Virus record (IMG/VR): IMGVR_UViG_3300034107_000136 | Location: 1 to 64,000 of that record | Direction: 5' to 3' (one strand) | DNA: 64,000 nt | Source of the DNA: a virus | Shown here: piece after piece, positions 36,329-46,800 of the stretch | How the letters are laid out: every line of letters begins with the position of its first letter | How positions within the stretch are numbered: the stretch's first letter is position 1 | Position numbers and translations under genes: made by a program | The notes under the pieces: generated by a model | Databases searched by the model: none | Told to the model about the DNA's origin: nothing | Seen by the model: the letters and a program-made list of their open reading frames with translations, nothing else

Positions 36329-37882
36329 ATGATTAAATTCCAAGAAACTAAAACAGCAATCAGTGGCAACCACCTTAACTTTTCTACTCCTATTTCTAAG
36401 ATAGATGTAGAAAAAAGAATGGTACATGGTTTTGCAACACTGGACAATCTTGATAGGCAAGGTGACGTTGTTCCACTTGAAGCATCAATAAAAGCCTTTG
36501 AGTCTTTTAGAGGAAACATAAGGGAGATGCATCAGCCAATTTCTGTCGGCAAGGTGGTTTCCTTTAAAGAAGAAACATATTTTGATGCAGAAAGCAATAA
36601 ATCCTACAATGGAATCTATGTATCCGCTTATGTAAGCAAGGGTGCTCAAGACACATGGGAAAAAGTACTTGATGGAACGCTTAGTGCATTTTCAATAGGT
36701 GGAGAAGTTCATGACTCAGAAGATGTTTATGATGAAGAGTTGAATAAAAAATATCAAGTAATTAAAGAGTATTCCCTTAGCGAACTTTCTTTAGTTGACA
36801 ATCCAGCAAACCAATTTGCTAACGTTATTAGTATTGAAAAAGGCCAAGGAACAGGATATTTGATGAAGGCAACAATTGAAAATGTATTTTGGTGCAGAAA
36901 AGATGATGTAATTCAAATGTCATATGGAGCAAATAAGGCTTGTCCTCAATGCGATAAGGCCATGTCAAACATTGGCTTCGTAGAAAGCAATGATCCAGAA
37001 AAAACATCAGTAATAAAAGGAATAATTACTAATACAAAGAAAACCATAATTCAAAAGAATATTGACATTGATTCATACGTTAAGTTTGATGATAGTTATG
37101 GAAGAGTAATTGACTTAGTATTTAAGGGTGGAGCAAGACTTTCGTCTGAAGAAGTTGCTGTTATGGCAAAAACAGACGATCCAGTTGTGATAATAAAATT
37201 ATACTCACAAAAGGACGGTATAATTATACCAACAAATCGTCGCGTTATTAAGAATATTTCATTAGTAGAAACAGTTAATGCGATTAGTAAATCAGAGGTA
37301 AAGGAGGTAAGCAAGATGAATTCAGATATTATCGTTGTAGATGAGATCGAAAAGTCAATGAGTGAAGAGCAAATCAATCCACCAATGGAGGACGCAATTC
37401 CTGTCACTATGGTTGACACGCAAAAGGCTATTGAGATCGAAGTCACAGAAGAAGACGAAGAAGACTCAGAAGATGAAATGGCAGAAAAAGCCTATTCAGG
37501 AGCCGAAGAAGAAAAGGGCGACATGAGTGATGAGGCAAAGAAAGCCATTTCACCATCAGTAGTCAGTGAAGAAGATGTTAATGCTACAACCAAAATGATT
37601 GAAACCATTAACGATCATCTCGCATCTGCACTTTCTAGTCTTGCTGAAACAGTAAAGGCTCTTGATGCTAAGATTGAAGGCATTAATAAGGCAATTGCTG
37701 GAGTCAGCAATGAAGTAAGTGAAGTAAAAGATAGTTTTGGAAAGCGCGTGGACGCTGTGGAAAAGGACACTGCTTTCCGTAAGTCTGCTGATCTTGGCGA
37801 GATCTTGCAGGAACAACCAATAGTGGTTAAAAAATCACTGTGGGGCGGCAGTTTCCTCAAAAATGCCGATCTATTTAAATAA
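36329..37882 (+). CDS. Prohead protease / scaffold fusion
   Basis: VHGFAT..D..GD, IREMH, FSIGG, ELSLVDNPAN; acidic coiled-coil C-terminus. Confidence 0.85.
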   Translation: MIKFQETKTAISGNHLNFSTPISKIDVEKRMVHGFATLDNLDRQGDVVPLEASIKAFESFRGNIREMHQPISVGKVVSFKEETYFDAESNKSYNGIYVSAYVSKGAQDTWEKVLDGTLSAFSIGGEVHDSEDVYDEELNKKYQVIKEYSLSELSLVDNPANQFANVISIEKGQGTGYLMKATIENVFWCRKDDVIQMSYGANKACPQCDKAMSNIGFVESNDPEKTSVIKGIITNTKKTIIQKNIDIDSYVKFDDSYGRVIDLVFKGGARLSSEEVAVMAKTDDPVVIIKLYSQKDGIIIPTNRRVIKNISLVETVNAISKSEVKEVSKMNSDIIVVDEIEKSMSEEQINPPMEDAIPVTMVDTQKAIEIEVTEEDEEDSEDEMAEKAYSGAEEEKGDMSDEAKKAISPSVVSEEDVNATTKMIETINDHLASALSSLAETVKALDAKIEGINKAIAGVSNEVSEVKDSFGKRVDAVEKDTAFRKSADLGEILQEQPIVVKKSLWGGSFLKNADLFK

Positions 37883-37912
37883 AACAGGAAGAAATTCAGG
37901 AGGTGAAACACA

Positions 37913-39037
37913 ATGACACAAGAAATTATTAAGAACCAGCCAAGTGATACAGGAGAATACGGTGATCCAAACCCAGGTCTATACCAAGGTCAAGGAGCAT
38001 TCGCCGCAGGAGGTATTGGTACTGTGGAAGACCCAAGTGCTGGTGTATTGGGAAACATCCCAAACTCCAACTATGGTGACACAACAGGCCCAAACGCAGT
38101 TAATCCAGTAGGAGCACCTGGTGGTCTTTTAAACCCAGAACAAGCACGTCGATTCATCGACTATGTTTGGGATGCAACAGTTCTCGCCCAAGACGGTCGT
38201 AGAGTTACAATGCGTGCAAACACGATTGAACTTGAAAAGGTCAACGTAGGTGAGCGTGTTATCCGTTCAGCAGCACAGGCACTTGGTGAATACACCAATG
38301 CTGGAGCAACATTCACAAAGGTTGAACTTACTACAAAGAAGATTCGTCTTGACTGGGAGGTTTCAACTGAGGCACTTGAAGATAACATCGAAGGTGCAGC
38401 ACTTGAAGACCATCTAGTTCGTTTGATGACAAACTCATTCGGTAACGACCTTGAGGATCTTGCCATCAACGGTACTGGAGGGATGGACCCATTCCTTGGT
38501 ATCATGAACGGTTTCGTAAATCAGGCAACTGATGGAGATTCACACGAAGCAGTCGTTGATACAACAGGAGGATGGACACCTGAGGTAATGCAGGAGATCA
38601 TTTATGCTCTCCCACGCAAGTACCGTGCTATCAAGTCAGGACTCAAGTTCTACGCAGGTACAGATGTCTTTGCAAACATTGTAAAGAACAACGGTACACT
38701 TGCAGATGCTATCTCTGAAGCACTTATGCCAAGAGTTAGCGGAACACCAGGACGTCGTGAAGACTACCTTTCAGGTGGTGGACAGACATTTGGTGGCGCT
38801 CGTACCACTCGTGTTCTTGGCATGAATGTTCAGGAAGTTCCTTACTACCCTGCTGGTTATGTCGATTTGACATTCCCACAGAACCGTGTATGGGGTTTCC
38901 AGAGAGACATCACTGTTAACCGTGAGTACAAGCCAAAGAAGGACACAATTGAATATACAATTTTCGTCCGTTTTGGCCTAACATGGGAAGAACTAGACGC
39001 AATTGCATACGCAGAAGCAACACCAGTTGTTTCCTAG
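37913..39037 (+). CDS. Major capsid protein (HK97 fold)
   Basis: GGLLNPEQ..RFI, EALEDNIEG, DLEDLAING; position; strong codon bias. Confidence 0.9.
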   Translation: MTQEIIKNQPSDTGEYGDPNPGLYQGQGAFAAGGIGTVEDPSAGVLGNIPNSNYGDTTGPNAVNPVGAPGGLLNPEQARRFIDYVWDATVLAQDGRRVTMRANTIELEKVNVGERVIRSAAQALGEYTNAGATFTKVELTTKKIRLDWEVSTEALEDNIEGAALEDHLVRLMTNSFGNDLEDLAINGTGGMDPFLGIMNGFVNQATDGDSHEAVVDTTGGWTPEVMQEIIYALPRKYRAIKSGLKFYAGTDVFANIVKNNGTLADAISEALMPRVSGTPGRREDYLSGGGQTFGGARTTRVLGMNVQEVPYYPAGYVDLTFPQNRVWGFQRDITVNREYKPKKDTIEYTIFVRFGLTWEELDAIAYAEATPVVS

Positions 39038-39057
39038 TATCAAATATGCTATGCTTT

Positions 39058-39081
39058 GGGGAGGGACTGCGGTCCCTCCCC
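39058..39081 (+). terminator. Stem-loop after the capsid gene
   Basis: GGGGAGGGAC-tgcg-GTCCCTCCCC. Confidence 0.75.
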
Positions 39082-39124
39082 TTAAGCATATAATGATATA
39101 ATTAACATAAAGGAGAGGTACAGC

Positions 39125-39574
39125 ATGATGAATGAATCAGTAGACTTGGTAGAAGAAGAGTCAGATGTTGAAGAAAATGAAACTGCTGTAGAAGCAGTAG
39201 CAAAAGAAAACCCAGTAATTCAAAACGTAAAGGTGGGAGAAGTTGTCAACTATGACAACCAAAAGGTTATTACTGGACCAGCAAAGAAGAAGACATCAAG
39301 ATCTTCAAACATACAGAAAGATACTGAAAATGTTCTTGGATCGAAGGCTGCTGACAGAGCACTTGCAAAAATCATCGTAGAAGAAAAAAAAGAACCAAAG
39401 AAAGTTTCAGAAAAGATTGCACTTTGGTCAAACAAGAATATTCGTTGGTCAGATGTTGGAGACTTAAAAAAGGGTTATAATATTGTAACAGAGGGGGCAT
39501 CCGAAAAGTGGCTTTCTAGGGATGGTATCCGCAAGGCTACTCCTGAAGAAGTAGCAACTTATTTCGGTAAGTAG
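39125..39574 (+). CDS. Hypothetical head-associated protein
   Basis: AGGAGAGG SD; synteny. Confidence 0.6.
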   Translation: MMNESVDLVEEESDVEENETAVEAVAKENPVIQNVKVGEVVNYDNQKVITGPAKKKTSRSSNIQKDTENVLGSKAADRALAKIIVEEKKEPKKVSEKIALWSNKNIRWSDVGDLKKGYNIVTEGASEKWLSRDGIRKATPEEVATYFGK

Positions 39575-39577
39575 TTT

Positions 39578-40594
39578 ATGGAAATTCCAAGAACGCAACC
39601 GTTTCCACTGACTTTTACTCAGTCTGGATTTGAAGCAGATACAGAATATGTGTTGTGCATTCTTGATGATCACGCGGCAGATCTTGTAGAGATTAGAAGT
39701 CCTAGCGATTCAGATGGAACTATCTCCATAGATCTACCTAATTATTTTTCTAGGTACGATGATGAATACCGTGGAGAAATTTATTACAATCTTTCAATGA
39801 CACCAGAAACTACAATTTTACGAGGAGATTTAGTATGGGTAGACACAATTACAGTCATGCGTCCATATGTAAATCCATTAACTATTGCTGAAACTCCAGA
39901 AGACATAGCAAATGCAATAATTTATGAAGAAATTGCAAGGGCAATCATTAATTCAATAACTGGTGGATTCATGTATAAAAGAGAGGTGGTTGAAACCGTA
40001 GGACTAGGCAACGACTACCTATCAGTTCCATTTAGACTTAATAAAATAGTTCGGGTATATGAAAACGATGTAATTGTTTATGATACAGAGCCTGCTGATG
40101 CAGAAACTTGGACAAACGTAAAGGAATATTATATTACTCCAGACAAGGCATCTATCAGCGTGGTTGTGCCCGGTACAACTGGATTTAATAGAACACAGTC
40201 AAAGCCTGTAAACATGAGAAGAGGTGCATCAGATTCCTTTACTCTATACAACACTAACGACTCACCAAACTTTGCGTATGATGTGTACGATACTAAAACA
40301 TTCTCAGATTACGGGGGTAACTCTGTAATGTTTCCATCTGGATGGGATTATGTAGTATTGGTTGAAACGGGTTGGCCTATTATTCCACAAGATATAAAGC
40401 AGGCGACTAGCCTTCTCATCAGTGACATTAAATGCAACAATCTCCCTTATGTAAATCAATACATTTCAGAATATAAGAGCGATCAATTTAACATTAAATT
40501 TAATGATCTTGCATTTAAGGATACTGGAAACAGGATTGCTGACAAAATTCTTTCTGCCTACGTTAGGCCAATCTATCGCCTTGGTGTTTTGTGA
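39578..40594 (+). CDS. Head-tail adaptor-like protein
   Basis: IINSITG...GW..IPQDIKQAT..L pattern; synteny. Confidence 0.65.
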   Translation: MEIPRTQPFPLTFTQSGFEADTEYVLCILDDHAADLVEIRSPSDSDGTISIDLPNYFSRYDDEYRGEIYYNLSMTPETTILRGDLVWVDTITVMRPYVNPLTIAETPEDIANAIIYEEIARAIINSITGGFMYKREVVETVGLGNDYLSVPFRLNKIVRVYENDVIVYDTEPADAETWTNVKEYYITPDKASISVVVPGTTGFNRTQSKPVNMRRGASDSFTLYNTNDSPNFAYDVYDTKTFSDYGGNSVMFPSGWDYVVLVETGWPIIPQDIKQATSLLISDIKCNNLPYVNQYISEYKSDQFNIKFNDLAFKDTGNRIADKILSAYVRPIYRLGVL

Positions 40595-41067
40595 TGGCGT
40601 TATTTCCATGCTACAACCTATTCTTTCCAATGCATTGCGATGTCTACTATTCAGTAGAGACTCAAGATGATTATGGAAAGATGGTAAAAGAATGGTTTTT
40701 TGATAGATCAGAACATTGCTCAATATATTCAATTAGCGATAGATCTAATGATGAAAACTTTACTTTTAATGCCGCCAGCAAAGACATATTCTTTAAATTA
40801 GAAACCATGCTGTATGGAAGAACTCAAACAGATTTAAGAAAATCTTCAAGTGGAGAATACTATCCAATGTCTAATATTTTAATAAAAAATATTCGTGGCT
40901 TAGAGGGAGATGACTCATTCTTTATTGAGACTGTAGGCGGGTATTCTGGAAAATCAACAATATATGAGATAAAGGCAAATCAACCATACGTTGGACCATT
41001 TAATAAAGTAGACTACTTTAAGATACAATTAGAACGTTCAGATATTCAAGGTGAGTTGATAACATGA
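40591..41067 (+). CDS. Head-closure-like protein
   Basis: QDDYGKMVKEW; synteny. Confidence 0.55.
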   Translation: MMALFPCYNLFFPMHCDVYYSVETQDDYGKMVKEWFFDRSEHCSIYSISDRSNDENFTFNAASKDIFFKLETMLYGRTQTDLRKSSSGEYYPMSNILIKNIRGLEGDDSFFIETVGGYSGKSTIYEIKANQPYVGPFNKVDYFKIQLERSDIQGELIT

Positions 41068-41735
41068 TAGACATTAAGGTTGATGCAATGCAACTAAACA
41101 AAACTTTAAAGAATGTTGTGGATTACTCTGAAGGATTTCTTAAAGGTATAAACATGAAATCAATAGAGTTTAATAATGAGGTTGCTAACTTTACACATGC
41201 TGCACTAAATAAATATATTGATTCTCAAGCAAGAATGAATCCACTTAGGCTTCACCATGTGTATGAGTGGGGCAAGGCTGGTAATCAAGCATCAAGACTT
41301 TTTGAGTTTGATACAAGAGTCTTAGGAAAAACTATATCATTTACTGGAAAGTTTCTTCCATCAAGATCTGTAAGTGATACGTCAAGTGAACCGTTTGTCA
41401 ACAAGGCAAATATTATGGAAAACGACATTCAAATAGTAATAGAGCCAAAGAATAGCGACGTGTTAGTATTTGAAAACAATGGAGAAACAGTTTTTACCAC
41501 AAATGCAATTTATATAGATCATCCTGGTGGAAATGAAGTTGCTGGAAGTTTTGGAGAAACAGTGAGTAATTTTTTTGACAATTACTTTACCAATGGATTG
41601 TTAAAGCCATTAATAAATAAACTATCAACAGCAAGTGAGTTTGCTGCATCATTTTCCTCTGGTGCAAAAAGCGGTAGCAATGTGGGCATTCGTGCAGGAA
41701 AAGAATATTTAAATCTTAAGGGGATAGTTGAATGA
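41064..41735 (+). CDS. Neck/tail-completion-like protein
   Basis: Synteny. Confidence 0.5.
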   Translation: MIDIKVDAMQLNKTLKNVVDYSEGFLKGINMKSIEFNNEVANFTHAALNKYIDSQARMNPLRLHHVYEWGKAGNQASRLFEFDTRVLGKTISFTGKFLPSRSVSDTSSEPFVNKANIMENDIQIVIEPKNSDVLVFENNGETVFTTNAIYIDHPGGNEVAGSFGETVSNFFDNYFTNGLLKPLINKLSTASEFAASFSSGAKSGSNVGIRAGKEYLNLKGIVE

Positions 41736-42235
41736 GCCTAACAGATCTAACCTTGCCAGTGCTTGCAGTAAACGGATATCTATGGGATACCATGAAAGAC
41801 ATTGAGCCAAGTTTTGCGGCAAGGTATGGATCTACCCTACCATTCTTCCCACTTAGCGATTCAGCAACGGGAGCAAGTTGGGAAAACAAACCTTACATTA
41901 TCTATGACAGAATGATGAGAACTACGGGAAGTTCATTTTATCCAATAAAGAAGGATCATATACTTTATGCGGTAAAAGCAACAGACATTGAATCATTGCA
42001 GTGGGGACTTGCAATTGAATACATTCTTGATAGAATGGATGATGCTGCTCAAGATATCAATGAGTGGAATAGACAAAAGAATAATAAATATAAGGTATAC
42101 TTTCATAGTTTGAGAGTGTTTCAATCGGAATCCTCTACAAATAGAAACTTCAGTACGAGGCCGTACTATATTACTGAATTCATCGTTCAGTCTGAATATC
42201 ACTTTACTGAGTCATTAGAATCATTTTTGACATAA
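41732..42235 (+). CDS. Tail terminator-like protein
   Basis: Directly before the tail tube gene. Confidence 0.5.
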   Translation: MSLTDLTLPVLAVNGYLWDTMKDIEPSFAARYGSTLPFFPLSDSATGASWENKPYIIYDRMMRTTGSSFYPIKKDHILYAVKATDIESLQWGLAIEYILDRMDDAAQDINEWNRQKNNKYKVYFHSLRVFQSESSTNRNFSTRPYYITEFIVQSEYHFTESLESFLT

Positions 42236-42305
42236 AAAAGCAGGTATAATAGTACCGAGGGAACAACCGCAACAAAAAATAAAAGGAAAATAGAGGTGAA
42301 GTAAA

Positions 42306-42980
42306 ATGGCTTATAGTCGTGGTGATTCAAAGCAGATTATCATTGGTGCAGCAGCACTATTTGTATCAAAGACTGCTCAATTTGATCCAACAAATACCAG
42401 CCCAGTTCTACCAGATTTCGTGGCAGGTACAGCATACCGTGAAACACTTACAACTGCTTCAACAGTAGTTCGTAACGTCGGTTACACAATGAACGGTTTA
42501 GAAATTCAATTTCAGCCAGATTTTGGTGAGGTTCAAGTAGATCAAATTCTTGACGTTGCAAAGTTGTACAAGCAAGGAATGCAGGTTAACCTTAACACAG
42601 CATTTGCAGAAGCAACTCTTGAGAACCTTCTCGTAGCAATTGCTGCTAGCGATAATGACCTTGCAAAAGATGTCAAGATGGACAACCCACTTGAAATAGG
42701 AACAGTTAACTTTGCAGATGTCATGGAAATTAAATCAGGCGAACTTGGCGAATGCCCAGTAGAGCGTGGACTTATTGCAATTGGACCTGGAACAGGAGAC
42801 TGTGCTGCTGGTTCAACAATCGAAAGAATTTATGTTGCTTACCGTGCCCTCTCAATTGAGAGTGTTACAGTATCCGCAAAGCGTGATGCCCCTTCAATGT
42901 TTGAAGTTTCATTCCGTTTGCTCCCAGCAAACAACGGTTCATACGGAAAGATCGTTGACCGTCTCGTCCCATCTTCATGA
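42306..42980 (+). CDS. Major tail tube protein
   Basis: IIIGAAALF, VGYTMNGL, FAEATLENL; followed by a terminator and chaperones. Confidence 0.85.
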   Translation: MAYSRGDSKQIIIGAAALFVSKTAQFDPTNTSPVLPDFVAGTAYRETLTTASTVVRNVGYTMNGLEIQFQPDFGEVQVDQILDVAKLYKQGMQVNLNTAFAEATLENLLVAIAASDNDLAKDVKMDNPLEIGTVNFADVMEIKSGELGECPVERGLIAIGPGTGDCAAGSTIERIYVAYRALSIESVTVSAKRDAPSMFEVSFRLLPANNGSYGKIVDRLVPSS

Positions 42981-43005
42981 TGTGACTATAATTTAATAGG
43001 CATTG

Positions 43006-43027
43006 GCCCCGCTTCGGCGGGGCTTTT
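43006..43027 (+). terminator. Intrinsic terminator
   Basis: GCCCCGC-TTCG-GCGGGGC-TTTT. Confidence 0.85.
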
Positions 43028-43076
43028 GTCATGCGTGATATAATTTACACACAAACCTTAGAAAGGGTAAAAATAA

Positions 43077-43418
43077 ATGGCTACTACAGTTTTTGAAAAG
43101 ACAGATCTTGTACTTATGGATGGCACAAAAATATCTATGCGTCCATTAAAGATTTCACTCCTTCGTAAGTTCATGAAGAAGTTCGATACCGTTGTTGAGG
43201 TTGCCTCAAGTAACGTTGATTCAATGGATGTACTTATTGATTGTGCATTGATTGCAATGGAGCAGTACGCCCCAGATCTTTCAACAGATCGTGAGAAGTT
43301 TGAAGATGTTGCTGACATTAAGATGGTTTACAAGATCATTGAAGTTGCTTCTGGTATCAAGTTGGACGCAGAGGGAAACGATCAGGCGATGGCGGCGGCA
43401 CTACTTGGTCAGAACTAG
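43077..43418 (+). CDS. Tail assembly chaperone (G-like)
   Basis: Between tail tube and tape measure; slippery site near the 3' end. Confidence 0.8.
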   Translation: MATTVFEKTDLVLMDGTKISMRPLKISLLRKFMKKFDTVVEVASSNVDSMDVLIDCALIAMEQYAPDLSTDREKFEDVADIKMVYKIIEVASGIKLDAEGNDQAMAAALLGQN

Positions 43419-43780
43419 ACCTCGCTGTCCTTGAATCAGAAATATTTCTTTTAGGTAATTGGAAGGATTATGAAGAATTAGAAGATAATCTTTCTATGCC
43501 AGAATTAACGGCAACCCTAACAGCAATAAGAGAAAGAGAAAACAATCACAATAAATTCTTAGCAGCAATTCAAGGAATTGACCTTGATGGAGAATCTCAA
43601 GAAACCAAAGGGCAGAAAGAATGGGAAGACCTTAAAGCAAGGGTATTTAGCGGTGGAACTGCAAAAGATTCAAATGATATAACATCCCTTCAAGGGATAA
43701 ATGCTTCACAGGCTGGTTTTGGTATTGGCGCTGGTCTTTCTTACAACAATGTTGGAGATGGATCGGGTAGTTGGGCATGA
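43373..43780 (+). CDS. Tail assembly chaperone -1 frameshift extension (GT-like)
   Basis: G GGA AAC at 43373-43379; the -1 frame is open into the 43496-43780 ORF. Confidence 0.8.
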   Translation, partial: GKRSGDGGGTTWSELDLAVLESEIFLLGNWKDYEELEDNLSMPELTATLTAIRERENNHNKFLAAIQGIDLDGESQETKGQKEWEDLKARVFSGGTAKDSNDITSLQGINASQAGFGIGAGLSYNNVGDGSGSWA

Positions 43781-43815
43781 GGAAAAATGATATAATCTAT
43801 TAAGGTGAAAACATA

Positions 43816-46800
43816 ATGGCAGATGTAAATGCAATCATTAATATAGACATTAACTCGTCTTCTGCATTGGTAAATCTTAAAAGACTTGAATCGCAGATAG
43901 ATCAGTTTAATCGGTCTGTATCAACAAGCAATGCAACGGCTGCTGCATCACAACAAAGTTTAAATAGAGCACTTCTTGATGGCATAAATAACACTGGATT
44001 ATTTACTTCAAAGATTATTCCAGTTGAATCATCAATGAAAAGATTTTCAAGATCTTTAGATGAGGGTCGTTTATCTCTTGGAGAGTATACAAGATACGCT
44101 GGATCTCAATTACCTGGATTAAGCAAGGTGTTTAGAAAAGAATTTGACTCCATTGAACAAGTTGCCACATCTAGAGTTAAATCAATGCAGACTCAATATC
44201 TTGCCCTTGGTAAAACGGTAGATGGAGTTACAAGAGCAATCTCTTCAACTCCAACTGGATTAGCAAAAGGTATGGCTACAGACTTAGCCATGACTCAACA
44301 ACGACAACAAATATTCAATAAATTACTTGATGATGGTTCTACTAAGTTGTTGAACTGGGGTAAAAATACTCAATGGGCTGGTCGTCAGTTGATGGTTGGC
44401 TTTAGCCTTCCCCTTGCTGCATTTGGCGCTGCCGCTGCCAAAACATTCATGGAAATTGACAAAGCAACTATTTCACTTAAAAGAGTTTATGGAGACTTAA
44501 GCACAACAAAAGAAGAGTTAGATTCAAATGTTGAGGCAGTAAAAGGTCTTGGAAAAGAATATACTAAATACGGTATAACACTAGCAGAAACAATATCCTT
44601 GTCTGGACGTGCGGCAGCCACTGGTGCAACAAATGAAAAACTTATGGCTGCAACTGAACAGACACTAAGATTTGCAACACTTGGTCAAATGGACTACAAT
44701 CAAGCACTTGATACAACAATTTCTCTTCAAACTGCATTTGCAATTTCCAATGAAGATCTTGGGAAAACTGTAGATTACCTTAACGCTGTAGAAAACCAAA
44801 CAATTCTTACAATGGAAGACATGTCTGTTGCTATTCCAAGAGTTGCCACGGTAGTCAAGGGACTTGGGGGTAGTGTACAAGATTTAGCAGTAATGATGAC
44901 AGCAATGCGTGAAGGTGGAGTAAGCGCAGAGAATGCTGCAAACGGTTTGAAGTCAGGTCTTGCATCTTTGATTAATCCAACAAAGAGGGCATCTGAAAGT
45001 TTGGCTGATATGGGTGTCAATCTCAAAGGCATCATTAATCAAAATAAGGGTGACCTTATGGGTATCGTTACTGAATTTGGAACGGCAATAAATAAACTAG
45101 ATGAATTTAGTCGTCAACAGGTTCTTGAGCAGGTATTCGGTAAATTTCAGTATGCAAGAATGAGCGCATTATTTACTAATATTACAAAAGATGCTGGACA
45201 AGCAGCAAGAGCAATGGATCTTGCTGGAATGTCAGCAGAAGATCTTGCAAAGATTTCTGAAAAAGAACTTGGACAGATATCAGAATCAACATCTGTAAAG
45301 TTTCAAGCATCAATGGAAAAACTTAAAATTTCCATCGCACCTATTGGAGAGGCATTCTTAAAAGGAATCACTCCAGTAGTCGATATGGTTTCAAAAATTG
45401 CTGATGCATTTAATAATCTTCCAGATGGGGTAAAAAATGCAATAGCAGTTCTTACGGGCGTGGTTGCAGGAATAGGCCCAGTACTCCTTATGACCATTGG
45501 TTTGTTAGGTAACGGTATAGCAAACATAACAAAATTTGTTCAATTTATTAGAAAAAGTTTGGCTGGCATCAAGGGTGATGCATCAGCATTCACTTATTTA
45601 GCACAAGGAGAACTTGAAGCAGTAACAGCAAGCAAGGCGCTTGAAGGTAGTGCTGTTAATCTTACAGATAAATTACTTCTTCAAAGGGGAGCAGTAGTTG
45701 GTCTTACAGCAGAATACGAAAGATTTGCTCGTGCCGCAGGAATTGCTAGAGCAGAAATGGGACTAGTAAGTGGAGCGCCCATGCCCAGTGGTGGAGGTAG
45801 GCAAGCAATACCAGTACCAAGAATACGCAAAAATACAGGTGGAACAATTCCAGGTGTTGGAAGCACAGACACAGTTCCTGCAATGCTTACGCCTGGTGAA
45901 TTTGTAATTAACAAAAAAGCAACTGCTCAAAACCTTCCACTGCTTCATGCAATAAATGATGGAAAAGGAATGGGAGGATTTAATAAGGGTGGGCAGATTC
46001 CTGGGGTACAGTATTTTGCAATGGCAGGAAAAGTTCTTCCAAAACCCAAAAATGTAACTGTTCCTAAAGGTACGCAATCACCACAAATGACACATACAAC
46101 ACCAAAACCTATTTTATCAACAATTGGCACAGCAATGCCACAAAGAATTCTTGGTTCAGCAAGAGGAAGAGTTGCTCAGAGATTGGCTAATGCTGGAATT
46201 CCAGTTGAGTTATTAACTGATGCATGGATAAGAAGTCCATTTAATCAAAAACTTAAATCTAAAGTGCAAGGCTCAACAATAACTGATTGGGTAGAAGATT
46301 TAAAAGATAGTCAACTTGGTCCAGCGTACAGAAGAGCAGAAATAAGAGCGAGTGATTTAAGAGAAGAACTAAGAGGTAGTTTTCTTTCTGAAAACACTTA
46401 TACTCAAGAGGATTTTGGAAATATAATAGAAGATGCTGCTAAAAGAATAAAACCAAGTTTTAGTCCAGCAATAGATTCTGCATATTTACCAAAACCAGAA
46501 GTTTTAAGAGAATATTCAGAGCAACTTGAGAGTGCTGGATTTTATTTACAAAAAAATGAAGCCAACGGTAAGAATTACATTGTAGATAGCACAGAAGTAG
46601 AAAAAAGACAAATGGCTTCTTCCTCATACCCTTTAACAAGAAATAAAGGTGGTTTAATTCCTGGTGGAGAAGTAACACAAAGTAGACCATTCTATGGAGT
46701 GTTCAATGCAAAAACAATTGATATGTTTAAGAATTGGATAGGAACTCATTCTGAAGCAATTCCTGCACTTAGACAAACGATATTAAAAGATCCTAAAATG

